DNA of 63,057 nucleotides, filler included, from Nemertoderma westbladi (Eukaryota > Animalia > Xenacoelomorpha): NCBI GenBank assembly GCA_032718475.1. It is 3 parts of 3 records of this genome, joined end to end, with 100 filler letters (N's around TTAATTAATTAA, not from the genome) between each part and the next. Parts side by side here need not be neighbours in the genome. Positions count along the whole stretch, not along the records: positions 1 to 25,176 come from JAUCBJ010008543.1; 2 more parts are not named here. One strand, given 5' to 3'. This document shows positions 11,525 through 22,076 of this stretch, piece by piece. Both the position numbers and the translations under genes were made by a program. The notes beneath the pieces were generated by a model. It did no database searches and had not been told where the DNA came from. It was given only the letters and a program-made list of their open reading frames with translations. Position 1 is the first letter of the stretch. Each line of letters begins with the position of its first letter.

Positions 11525-12682
11525 ATGTCAGTTCCAGAGATAAATTATACCATTGGCACTATTGCATATAGAGGCGAAAGCAACTCATGGTTGAGATTAC
11601 AACTGTCAACCGAGGGTCCCATCTGGGAGGGCACAGAAGCCCCAAGTAGTGCATCACAATATCTGGTGTTGCATCATGGTGAGCAGGTAACATTCTCTGG
11701 TGTAGTATACAAATTAAATAAAGCCATCAATAAGGATTTTATTCTTTTTATTCCGGTCAGAGCAACATCCCCTGAGCCACACATACAACCTGAGACAGCC
11801 CAAGAACATGAAATTACATTCATGGAGAAGTTTGTAGGAGTTTTGTTGAAGGCTCAACAAAATTATTCTATGGATGGGATAACACAATCGAAAGGAAACA
11901 AACGCCAAGAAACACGATCGGACAAGGAAGTGCCTGGGGTATTGTCATCAACACGACCACTTGAAAGGGACACGGTGGATCAACTTCGCTTGCAGTACCG
12001 ATATATCCCTCTAACTGATCTGGCTGAACGGCAAGAGCTGAATGGAAAATATGGGAAAAACGCAGAAGTAGAATCCACAGGGGGAATGTTGAACTGCTTA
12101 GCCCTACTTGCTAGTTATAAGAGTGCCTTCTATCCAGAAGAAGCACCAAAGATATGGACTTATTATCGGAACATGCTCGAGATAGCCCCATTATATTCAC
12201 TTGGGTTTTTACTCAAGGTTGACAAAGACCATCGTCTCTATGTTGAAACCAATCAGGGAGGATGGGAGCGACCACCAACTATTCGCCATCCCATGCGATC
12301 AGACTACATGAACAGATGTCGAAACTGCGACAAGCAGCATTTAGGCTCATGTTTGCCAGCAGAGGCATTTATGACGTCACCAAGGAAAACAAACCAGAGC
12401 AACTTCAAGAGGGGAGTTTTCTGCCACGGGTGTCACCGTGAGGGTCATTATCGCCCTGATTGCAAATCCAAAAACCGAGAGGATTCTGAATCACACTTCA
12501 AGAGGAGATATCAGGATGACTCAGACGATGTTAGAAGAGGTACAAATGACAATAGGTTCCGACATCGACTTCGGTACGATAATGAAGAGGACAATAATAT
12601 CAACAATGCTAGGGAGAGGGTCCCGATTGTAAAATCGCTGCCTAAAAAAGCCTTAGGAAACCAATTTATTCAGCAAGGATAG
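11525..12682 (+). CDS. Gag-like protein with two zinc knuckles
   Basis: YPEEAPKIWTY...Y...VDKDHR resembles the Ngaro Gag core; CRNCDKQHLGSC and canonical CHGCHREGHYRPDC (CX2CX4HX4C). Confidence 0.85.
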   Translation: MSVPEINYTIGTIAYRGESNSWLRLQLSTEGPIWEGTEAPSSASQYLVLHHGEQVTFSGVVYKLNKAINKDFILFIPVRATSPEPHIQPETAQEHEITFMEKFVGVLLKAQQNYSMDGITQSKGNKRQETRSDKEVPGVLSSTRPLERDTVDQLRLQYRYIPLTDLAERQELNGKYGKNAEVESTGGMLNCLALLASYKSAFYPEEAPKIWTYYRNMLEIAPLYSLGFLLKVDKDHRLYVETNQGGWERPPTIRHPMRSDYMNRCRNCDKQHLGSCLPAEAFMTSPRKTNQSNFKRGVFCHGCHREGHYRPDCKSKNREDSESHFKRRYQDDSDDVRRGTNDNRFRHRLRYDNEEDNNINNARERVPIVKSLPKKALGNQFIQQG

Positions 12683-12824
12683 TTTACCCACAAGCCTAAA
12701 ACTGTTTAAATATATATAATCGCATCTATAAAAAAAATAGCATATGTTATTAAGTAGTTTACGAACTAAACTATAAATAGTTTATATATATATTGTCTAC
12801 CAGCCATATGAAACATCCATCGCC

Positions 12825-13733
12825 ATGGAAATTCACCAATCCTTAATAAATCAGCTTGTTGTTGATAGTTTTAGTCATAATACCCAAAAGAAGTATATAT
12901 CAGCATGGTATAAGTACAAACTATTCTGCAGGATCGCAGGAAAAGCACATACTCCTGTTTGTCAAAGAACTCTGGAAACATTTATTCTTATGTCTCACTA
13001 TAGTGGTCTGCGGGCATCATCTATACGGATGTACCTTGCAGGTATAATGAGTACTTTAATGAACATAGAATGCTCATCAGATATAAATATGGGACGGCTA
13101 CAACATATTATACGAGGATGCGAAAGAGCCAATGGAGCTCCATCTGTTGCGCGGCCTATAATGGCAGCCGACCTACACTTATTAATGCAATCCTTACCAC
13201 AATTTTACAACAACCGTTTGCTTGATATACAAATGATGAAGGCCATTTTTACAATGGCTTTCTTCGGTGGCATGAGAGTGTCAGAATATGTTAATTTGAC
13301 AAGGTCTAATATCGAAATGTCAATTAATTGCATAATCATAACTCTGGACCATTCAAAGACATCACGTTCAGCTCTAAAGTTTCCCATTGCTAAGGTGGGT
13401 GGACCATTGTGCCCACATAATCGCCTGAAGATATACCTACAGTTCAGAGATCAATGCGGCCCAAACATATCCCCACTTTTTATATGGTCAACAGGTGAAT
13501 CAGTTCAAGCCCACCACATTAATGGTGTTTTACGTAAAATAATGGGACAGGGTTACTCCAGCCATAGTTTTCGTTCTGGGATGGCCACCACTGCCTCCAA
13601 GGTTGGTATACCTCCAAACACTATAAAGAAATTAGGACGATGGAGAAGTTCTTGCTACGAATCCTACATAAGGCCATCAGACTACGAACTCATAAATGCT
13701 CAACGCGTTATGGTATCTTCAATCAATAACTGA
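12825..13733 (+). CDS. Tyrosine recombinase
   Basis: AFFGGMRVSE, SKT, CP, HSFRSGMAT and LGRWRSSCYESYIR: catalytic R-K-H-R-W-Y set intact. Confidence 0.95.
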   Translation: MEIHQSLINQLVVDSFSHNTQKKYISAWYKYKLFCRIAGKAHTPVCQRTLETFILMSHYSGLRASSIRMYLAGIMSTLMNIECSSDINMGRLQHIIRGCERANGAPSVARPIMAADLHLLMQSLPQFYNNRLLDIQMMKAIFTMAFFGGMRVSEYVNLTRSNIEMSINCIIITLDHSKTSRSALKFPIAKVGGPLCPHNRLKIYLQFRDQCGPNISPLFIWSTGESVQAHHINGVLRKIMGQGYSSHSFRSGMATTASKVGIPPNTIKKLGRWRSSCYESYIRPSDYELINAQRVMVSSINN

Positions 13734-14067
13734 TACATGTTCACTGATCATGAACATAATATATGATTACTATTATTATTAGATATTATATATATCCTTT
13801 ATTCGAAATTATATATAGTCATATATTATATCTTAATTTACCTATACACAACAGCATGTATGTGTTGTATACGCATGAAAATATCGATTCTGAATTTATT
13901 CTATTAGAAACCAAAATCGCCATCTCAATTTGTAAGAATAATAATAATTAATAGTGCCTCAATTTATTTTATTTTTTTTTTTCATGGTTGAAATAGGCAT
14001 AGGAAGTGGTACTTGATCAGTGCATTTCCGTATATCCACCTTCTGCCATTCTGATTGGGGGTTTCTT

Positions 14068-14944
14068 TGGGGGGTTGTTTTTTCCCTCTTCAGAATAGCA
14101 AACAGGATTACCTAACTAGGCTAGACTTCCCCAAACACGAACGCGAGCAATTCGACAGACAATGGTGCATAACGACAACGTTTGCTTTATATCACTATAT
14201 ATATGTATTTCCACAGGAGATCGCTGTAATACCCAATTGACAAAGGTAATTGGTTTTGCAGCGACATCCTATGTGACTATTTTCCCTTCCTTGGAGGGGT
14301 GTGTGTGTATTAGCATTTGCTCGGCAGGAATAACCAGACTCGTATATCAACCTGGACCAGAGCCATTTCCCCTCCCTTGGAGGTTGTGTATCAGCATATG
14401 GTCTATAGGAACAACCAGGTTTGTAAATCACTCTGGGCAGCAAAGCTCAAAGCCAGAATATCGTTGCTAAGGCAACGTCCTATCAGAGCTTCAAGGTGCA
14501 GGTAGGTTACTAGCAGTGTAAGTAATGGAGCTGACTGCTCACCGTATATTGACAAATATTGGGTTGACTGAAACGTTCATTCCAACATTGCATAATACTA
14601 CAAATATTATACTGACTTATTGTTTGTTAATATTTTTACCAAGGGAGAAATATTTGGATAGCATTCTAAAAAATTTTTTTTTTTTTACCCTCTTCCGGCC
14701 TTGCGATTGGCCGTAGATGAACGATCTTAGACAGCACGCGTTTTCTGGTCTTACCTAGTTTCCTATCTTGTCTGCCCACCTGGGGGGTTGTTTTTTCCCT
14801 CTTCAGAATAGCAAACAGGATTACCTAACTAGGCTAGACTTCCCCAAACACGAACGCGAGCAATTCGACAGACAATGGTGCATAACGACAACGTTTGCTT
14901 TATATCACTATATATATGTATTTCCACAGGAGATCGCTGTAATA
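14068..14944 (+). repeat. Right-end B1-A2-(spacer)-B2 split direct repeats
   Basis: B is 159 bp (14068-14226 and 14781-14939); A2 directly follows B1; ~94-bp spacer at 14687-14780. Confidence 0.95.
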
Positions 14945-15967
14945 TTGTTTTAAAATAGTGCAGGTGTAGCTACAGTAGTTGTGGTAATAATAATATTGTT
15001 GACAAACCAACGCATCAATGTTACAACAGCGCAGTTCAAGAATAATGGCAGTACTACTTGTTGCCATAGAAATATATCGCAAATAAGCTTAAATCGCCAC
15101 CAACACTGCATTTATTGTTGGCAAATTTGAAAACTTTGACGGATTATATCTCGAGAACGCTCCGGTCGAATTTGCTTAAATTTTTTTTCTGGGGTTTCTA
15201 TGGCATATACTACCACTTTATTGAAAAAAATATCGGGGCCGAAAAAATAACACTAATGCGGTTCCGTCTATATTTAGTATTCCATGAGTAACACCATTTC
15301 ATTTCTTTCTCTCCTTGGAAAAATAATCAAAAAGGAAAAAAAAATAAAATAAAAATTTTTTAATGCAAATACCTAAGACAATTAAAACTAAAATTAAGAA
15401 TGCAAAGTATGTAAAAATTCGGCAACAGGTATATCATCATCAGTATAGCATCCTCCCTATTTCGGTTATTGAATTTTATGTGAAAATATAAACAAAATTT
15501 AACTAAAAATTAATTCGCCGTACACCATTTTCCTCATGATTGTTTCACATCAGTACATTTGAGTCATCGCTAATTACAAATAAATTTAATTGAAAATAAA
15601 AATAAAGAAAAAAATTATATATTTCACCGTTGCAAGAAGGATACTCGTATGTATTCGCCAAGATCGTATGCATTCGTACGCATCCGTAAATACATGAACC
15701 AAAAGGACAAGGCTGGTCTGTATTAAATAAACTATCAAGGGTATAATGGAAGGAACCTGGAACCAAAAGGACAAGGCTGACCTTAGACTGACCTTAGACC
15801 AATTAATTCGCCATATTCAAAGACAATTTACAACATTTTCATTGAATTGATTGGACATAAATCATGTGACATACAACAACTTGCATTACAATGTTTATTC
15901 ACTTTCAAACCAGAGTATGTATTAATGTCGGATACGCTTTTGATTGCACCGTTAGAATAAAAATATA

Positions 15968-16935
15968 TAACTAGAGAGCCAGCAAGCTGGCTGGAAGGAG
16001 CCCGGGGGGAAGAATCCTAGCCAATACTAAACTAAACAATTGTCTAAATGGTGTGATGATACATAGCTGACTTTGTGGCTTGCCCCACATAATAAAAAAT
16101 GAAACTTTGCTGCCACTAACAACCGAATATTTATAAGAAAATGCCCATGATTCACAACCAGATAAATAACAAGTTAGATTTACCAGTACAGGTACGGTTA
16201 CCTTTCTTTTTGAAAACCATTAGATTTAACAATTAATAGAAGTCTAGGTCGCGGCGAAAAATAATAACGCAAATTAAACAACCATACAATCGGCCTACAC
16301 ACTTTTTATTATTCGAAATAAATTCGCTAACAGAAAATATCTAAACTAATTTATTTATTTACTAATTAATCTAAACGAGAAGGTGAACAATTGTTTCTAC
16401 ACAATTAATTATGACGACTTTTATGGGATATGTAATATTTACTGTTCAATAATAATTTACAATCTCCCATTCCAACACATTCCCAGAGAGTAATAATATC
16501 ATCAATATAACAAACTAAGTGGATTATAATTCGATTTCTTCAGCCAAGTCCGATAGCTATTTTTCTGAAATTTATATTGCTAATTTAATTATTTGGCATA
16601 TTCTGTTTGTGGCGCAGACTATAATAATAATAACATTGTTGACATACAGTCTTTGAACCTTTCAGTCTTTCTCAGCAGTACTTTGTGGCTCGTCCCACAT
16701 AATAAAAACTGAAACTTTGCTATGACAACACACCCGGTTCTTTTAAATTTGCGTGATCTGAAATTTTGTAACGCGATTATGAACCTCAAAAGCAATGTAC
16801 TTGCAAAATTTCATCAAAATCGCCAGGCAGGAAGTGCCTTAACCTAGATAATTATCAGTCAGTCAGTATGTCAGTCAATGTAATGTATCCTGAAGATTCT
16901 TACAGTAAGTATCCCGCTGTCAAGCGGGCTCCTAA
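15968..16935. mobile_element. Possible Helentron-associated (DINE-1/HINE-like) non-autonomous element
   Basis: Internal repeat ACTTTGTGGCT...AAACTTTGC (~16070, ~16680), core-like GCAAAATTTCATCAAAATCG, CAGT microsatellite and terminal stem-loop CCCGCT-GTCA-AGCGGG. Confidence 0.4.
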
Positions 16936-17190
16936 TTTACCGTTGCACATCTCCGACTGACACTCCTCACCACCCCCCCCCCCCCCCCCCTCTCCCCGCC
17001 CCCCTCCTCCCACCCAACCCACCTTGCCACCCCCCCCCCCCCCACCCCAACTCCTCCCATCGACGGTCTGCTGAAGTACTAGCAATCGCTATTTTGGCGA
17101 CTGTCTGATAAACATTATTTACATTATATTAACTTACATATTACGTGATTTGGGAGTTGATTAATAATTTTTAGTAATATTATATATTTC

Positions 17191-18908
17191 GGAGAATAAA
17201 GGGCCAGGCCTATCCCGGAACTACTACGGTACTACAGTACTTAAAAACTACTACAGGTTTATGGCGATCATTATTCACGTTTATATTTTGATGGACCATT
17301 GACAGCGCCTGGAGCAGTTTCTAGTTTTATGAGCATTCACCTCCATCCTTCCTTGGCCCTTTACACCATATTCGAAAATACCGAACTTACCGGATGGTTA
17401 GCCAATGTGTGCAGTCGAACCATACGTTCCCATCCCCTTATCTTCGGAACTAAACTCGCTAACTTAGATTAATATAACAAATTCATCCGATTTGAACGTT
17501 TCAGGCGTTTTATAACTCCATTTCGGAACGTTGATAGTCAGTTTAAAGATTGCGCACTGTCCAAGCTCAGCCTGCGAGACTCCGCCGCTGAGAAACTAGA
17601 TAGTGCCGGATTCGCTATCTTTAAAGATGTATGCATACAAAATATGCATTCCACCGTTCCACAGAGACCCAAAATCCCTTCGGGATATTCCATTATGGAA
17701 ATCCAAACTGTAGATCCTTCGAGAAGAATCACTACCTCCGTAGAAATCCTACAGACCGAAGAGGAACCTGTCTGTTTGGAGGCAGATTAAATCTCAGACT
17801 CCTAGGAGCAACGACGATGATCACACAGTGGAATAGTATCAAGGACCTCAACGTTTTACTGCTTATGATTACAGACACGCCAGCTATATTTCTCGGAAGC
17901 GCTGCGGATTATGCGCCTCTTGTGATCACACTACTTCGTCAGATTCTAACGAACTTTGTTCTTATTTCAAAGACCAACCCTTAATGGAGATTTACTGTGC
18001 GTATTGTCGCCTTAATAATAAGCATATCTTCACTGTCTGCCCCCAGTTTATGACACAATGTCATTACTGCCATCCAAAGGGACATGCTAGTTGGGATTGC
18101 CCTTTCAGCCAGGACATCGAAAGTGTAGACGAGTTGATTGTACTTCGATACATATGAGCTTGGGAAGCTAGCGCAGATCTTCACTGCGAGTCGCGCCGTC
18201 ATTATTATCCAGGACGCACCTATGAGGGAGTGTACGCATTTCACCCCCATCTTTTTCCCCAAGTCGAACAGAAAACTCGTATTCCCAGTTACGAATTAAT
18301 AAAACACGTTGGTGAGTGTATTTCCACCAAATATGTCCGAAAATAATTGAGAAATATTAATCCAAATTAATATTGATTCTTATAACTTGATCAGTTTTAT
18401 TGGCCGAGACCTTGAATACGGTGAGACATTTATAAATGCGCACCCTGAATTGTAAGAAGTCCACTGACGTCCCTATGAGTACAAGGCGAGGGAATGGGAA
18501 TGGGAATTAGAAAGAACTGTTAAACCCTGAAAATTCCTCACTACTCACGGTCAACCTACAGCAGTCGTACAAACGACTAAAGCAGGACCAATACAAGCTG
18601 CTGTCCTGAGATGGGCCTTAAAGGTTGTGCGCCCTCGATCTCTTGGATCCTCCGATAAACGTGTCGATATCGCAATTTCACCACAGGAGAGAAGTGAACC
18701 TCCTATGGATATTGATCAACCAGGTACCTCGACTGGCGGATACACCGACCACAACCCAAACCCTTCTGATGCAATAGTATTGCACCCTTCCCCCAGGAGT
18801 TATAGCCCTCCTAGTAAAGTGGCTCGTGCTGTAGAGAAAAAGACTATACAAAAGTTTAAAAACTCCGTAAACGTCGTTCTAGAAAGAAGGATTGATTATT
18901 TAGAGTAG
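17191..18908 (+). pseudogene. Continuation of the decayed exonuclease ORF, with multiple CCHC zinc knuckles
   Basis: Starts GE*RARPIPELLRY...KLLQVY (ExoIII-like). Later CGLCASCDH, CAYCRLNNKHIFTVC and CHYCHPKGHASWDC (~17900-18110). Scattered stops and frameshifts. Confidence 0.55.
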
Positions 18909-19040
18909 TACATTTATTCGAAACTGTGACTCTATGTATATTCTATAGACTGAAGTCCCATTTTCTGGGAGCGGTATTAAAGCTTTTGCAGCAAAAATGT
19001 GTCGTTTTGTGCAATTCGCGAACTACTCTAAAAGGGGCAG

Positions 19041-19556
19041 TATTATTTTAAAGTATTAGAGAATGTACAGACTTATGCCCTCTAGCGTTTGTTTTAGTAC
19101 AGAGCTACCATTACGAAATTAGCCAGCTGTTTCTTTATGCGTAGAGCCTATGTTATATTTTGGCCAATCAGCACGATTTTCGGTTTACTGCCTTTGTTGA
19201 CATATGAAAATGACGCAATGCGACAAAATCCTTCATTCCGGACTTTCTGACTTTGCCTAGAACATCAGCAGCCAGAGAGAATCATAGAACGCAAATCATT
19301 TAACTTTCCACTTTCCATTCTGACTTTCCACTCTCTGAACACTCTCATTAGCAACACATCCTGACTCTCAAACATCCTGACATTCTGACACTGCCGGCAC
19401 CGCATCCCTTATACTGTTTTTATACTGTTATTATATACTGTGTTTGTAACTCATTTAATCGGTGCTTATATTTTATTTAGAGAATACTTATGAATAACCG
19501 ATAATTCCCTTGACTTTCTTGATTATTGAGGTAAGCAGAGGGGAACATTAGTAACA
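19041..19556 (+). repeat. Candidate 3' LTR preceded by a polypurine tract
   Basis: AAAAGGGGCAG (19030-19040) directly before TATTA...TAACA (one mismatch from TGTTA...TAACA). No second copy in the window. Confidence 0.4.
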
Positions 19557-20058
19557 ATTGCTTGGCTCATATTACAGTGGTTTGTATGAATTCATGCTAT
19601 TTCATAACCCCAACGTACGTGAGCTAAATTATTCCTTATATGTGAGTAAAATTGGTGACAGTCAGCAAATTAGCGTATTTCATTCAGTACTATTGTCAGT
19701 TCCGGGAGTGTAAACGATTAATAATACATTCCTAAAGAATGTAAACATTTGCGTTATCTCATGACCATCCGTTGTAATTAGTATAAGTCATATCTCTGTG
19801 TGGTATTTAAAGCGCAGCATCTAGAGAGGAACTGCTGGTATTTCCCTGAAAATATACATAGTTTTTGGAGATTATATAGTAGAGAACAATCGAATAATAC
19901 AAGCCCTCTCTCTGCCATAGATTTCAGTCTCCCACACCCAGTGGGTCATACGCCGCGCTAGACTGACTTCGGCTGTGTTCATATTTGTACGGGCTGTCAG
20001 ACATTATAAGACACATAAATTAGCAGGTTAAATTGTTAAAGGTCTAAAAGCGCGAACA

Positions 20059-21359
20059 CAGCCAAACACAGTGCCGGCGGACCCAGCAACATAGTGCCCC
20101 CAGATCTTGCGATCAGCCAAACACGGTGCCGGCGGACCCAGCAACATAGCGCCCCCAGATCTCGCGGTCAGCCAAACACAGTGCCGGCGGACCCAGCAAC
20201 ATAGTGCCCCCAGATCTTGCGGTCAGCCAAACACAGTGCCGGCGGACCCAGCAACATAGTGCCCCCAGATCTCGCGGTCAGCCAAACACAGTGCCGGCGG
20301 ACCCAGCAACATAGTGCCCCCAGATCTTGCGGTCAGCCAAACACAGTGCCGGCGGACCCAGCAACATAGTGCCCCCAGATCTTGCGATCAGCCAAACACG
20401 GTGCCGGCGGACCCAGCAACATAGTGCCCCCAGATCTCGCGGTCAGCCAAACACAGTGCCGGCGGACCCAGCAACATAGTGCCCCCAGATCTTGCGATCA
20501 GCCAAACACGGTGCCGGCGGACCCAGCAACATAGTGCCCCCAGATCTCGCGGTCAGCCAAACACAGTGCCGGCGGACCCAGCAACATAGTGCCCCCAGAT
20601 CTTGCGGTCAGCCAAACACAGTGCCGGCGGACCCAGCAACATAGTGCCCCCAGATCTCGCGGTCAGCCAAACACAGTGCCGGCGGACCCAGCAACATAGT
20701 GCCCCCAGATCTTGCGGTCAGCCAAACACAGTGCCGGCGGACCCAGCAACATAGTGCCCCCAGATCTCGCGGTCAGCCAAACACAGTGCCGGCGGACCCA
20801 GTAACCTTTTGCCCCCAGATCTTGCGGTCAGCCAAACACAGTGCCGGCGGACCCAGCAACATAGTGCCCCCAGATCTCGCGGTCAGCCAAACACAGTGCC
20901 GGCGGACCCAGCAACATAGTGCCCCCAGATCTTGCGATCAGCCAAACACGGTGCCGGCGGACCCAGCAACATAGTGCCCCCAGATCTCGCGGTCAGCCAA
21001 ACACAGTGCCGGCGGACCCAGCAACATAGTGCCCCCAGATCTCGCGGTCAGCCAAACACAGTGCCGGCGGACCCAGCAACATAGTGCCCCCAGATCTCGC
21101 GGTCAGCCAAACACAGTGCCGGCGGACCCAGCAACATAGTGCCCCCAGATCTCGCGGTCAGCCAAACACAGTGCCGGCGGACCCAGCAACATAGTGCCCC
21201 CAGATCTCGCGGTCAGCCAAACACAGTGCCGGCGGACCCAGCAACATAGTGCCCCCAGATCTCGCGGTCAGCCAAACACAGTGCCGGCGGACCCAGCAAC
21301 ATAGTGCCCCCAGATCTCGCGGTCAGCCAAACACAGTGCCGGCGGACCCAGCAACATAG
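20059..21359. repeat. GC-rich minisatellite, 55-bp unit, ~23.5 copies
   Basis: Unit CAGCCAAACACAGTGCCGGCGGACCCAGCAACATAGTGCCCCCAGATCTYGCGRT; no unique spacers. Confidence 0.97.
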
Positions 21360-21983
21360 CACTCGTTGTAGGCTTTTTTTGTCAGAAAACATTATTATTT
21401 AATTTGCATCTCAATCTTATTATTTTTACTTGAACATTGTGGAATTTGATTATACATAATGAACTGTTCTGTTTCCTAAAAACACATTGGACTGAATTAT
21501 TTCTCTTCATATCATTGTAGATATTTAGCAGCTCAATTGTATTCAGACAGGTTGACTGTTGAGTTGCAACAAAACATTTACTATAATGTCTCATATTATA
21601 GGTGCGGCCATTAATTTCATAATAGTGTTGGTAGGAAAAGCAATAAATTGTGTAGTTGTCAATAGTCATACCACGACGATTTTGTTAGCGATGGGTCTGC
21701 ATATAATACTGTATGGTCCCATAACAATAATTTTTAGGTAATAAAAAACAGTCTGCTACGAAAGCAGCCAATTGGAGCACGGTATGCGATTGTAGTACAA
21801 ATTATTATTTCATTCAGAACGCTAACAAAGCAAATTATAAAATAAGATGCCGAAAATGTTATTAAAATGAGAGCAGGAGAGAAGGAATGGTGTACCAAGA
21901 ATTAATGTTGAAATAACATAATTCTGCGAGTGTCGCCTAACATAATCACGGCCTTCCAAACCTTGTTCTATAAAAGGCCGTGG

Positions 21984-22076
21984 TATTTTATTTCTATTGC
22001 TATAATGGCGACACGGAAGAGACATTGCTTAGCAATGTCTCTTCCGTGCCGTCATTATAGCAATAAAAATAAAATA
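21984..22076. repeat. Near-perfect palindrome (46-bp arms, 1-nt centre)
   Basis: TATTTTATTTCTATTGCTATAATGGCGACACGGAAGAGACATTGCT, then T, then its reverse complement with 3 mismatches. Confidence 0.9.

Larger units (their letters stand above)
7360..14944 (+). mobile_element. Ngaro-like tyrosine-recombinase (DIRS-order) retrotransposon, full length
   Basis: Split direct repeats A1 (7360-7814), B1 (14068-14226), A2 (14227-~14681), B2 (14781-14939), plus RT/RH, Gag and YR ORFs. TAATA core at both ends. Confidence 0.93.
4385..15286 (-). mobile_element. P-superfamily DNA transposon (internally deleted) carrying a nested YR retrotransposon
   Basis: ~130-bp TIRs starting CATGGAATACTAAATATA (4385-4516 / ~15156-15286), 7-bp TSD AGTAACA (4378-4384, 15287-15293), THAP transposase inside. 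Confidence 0.9.

Noticed and set aside
12825-13733. Phage integrase or bacterial contamination
   Set aside because: The YR lies within a split-direct-repeat retroelement embedded among eukaryotic TEs and intron-containing genes.
16970-17055. Poly-C/G-quadruplex tracts (also 4741, 25935-26045, 52567, 58833)
   Set aside because: Common homopolymers in this genome with unreliable length; no specific function can be supported.
20059-21359. CRISPR array or coding ORF (20699-20974)
   Set aside because: Contiguous 55-bp units without spacers; the ORF is a repeat artefact.
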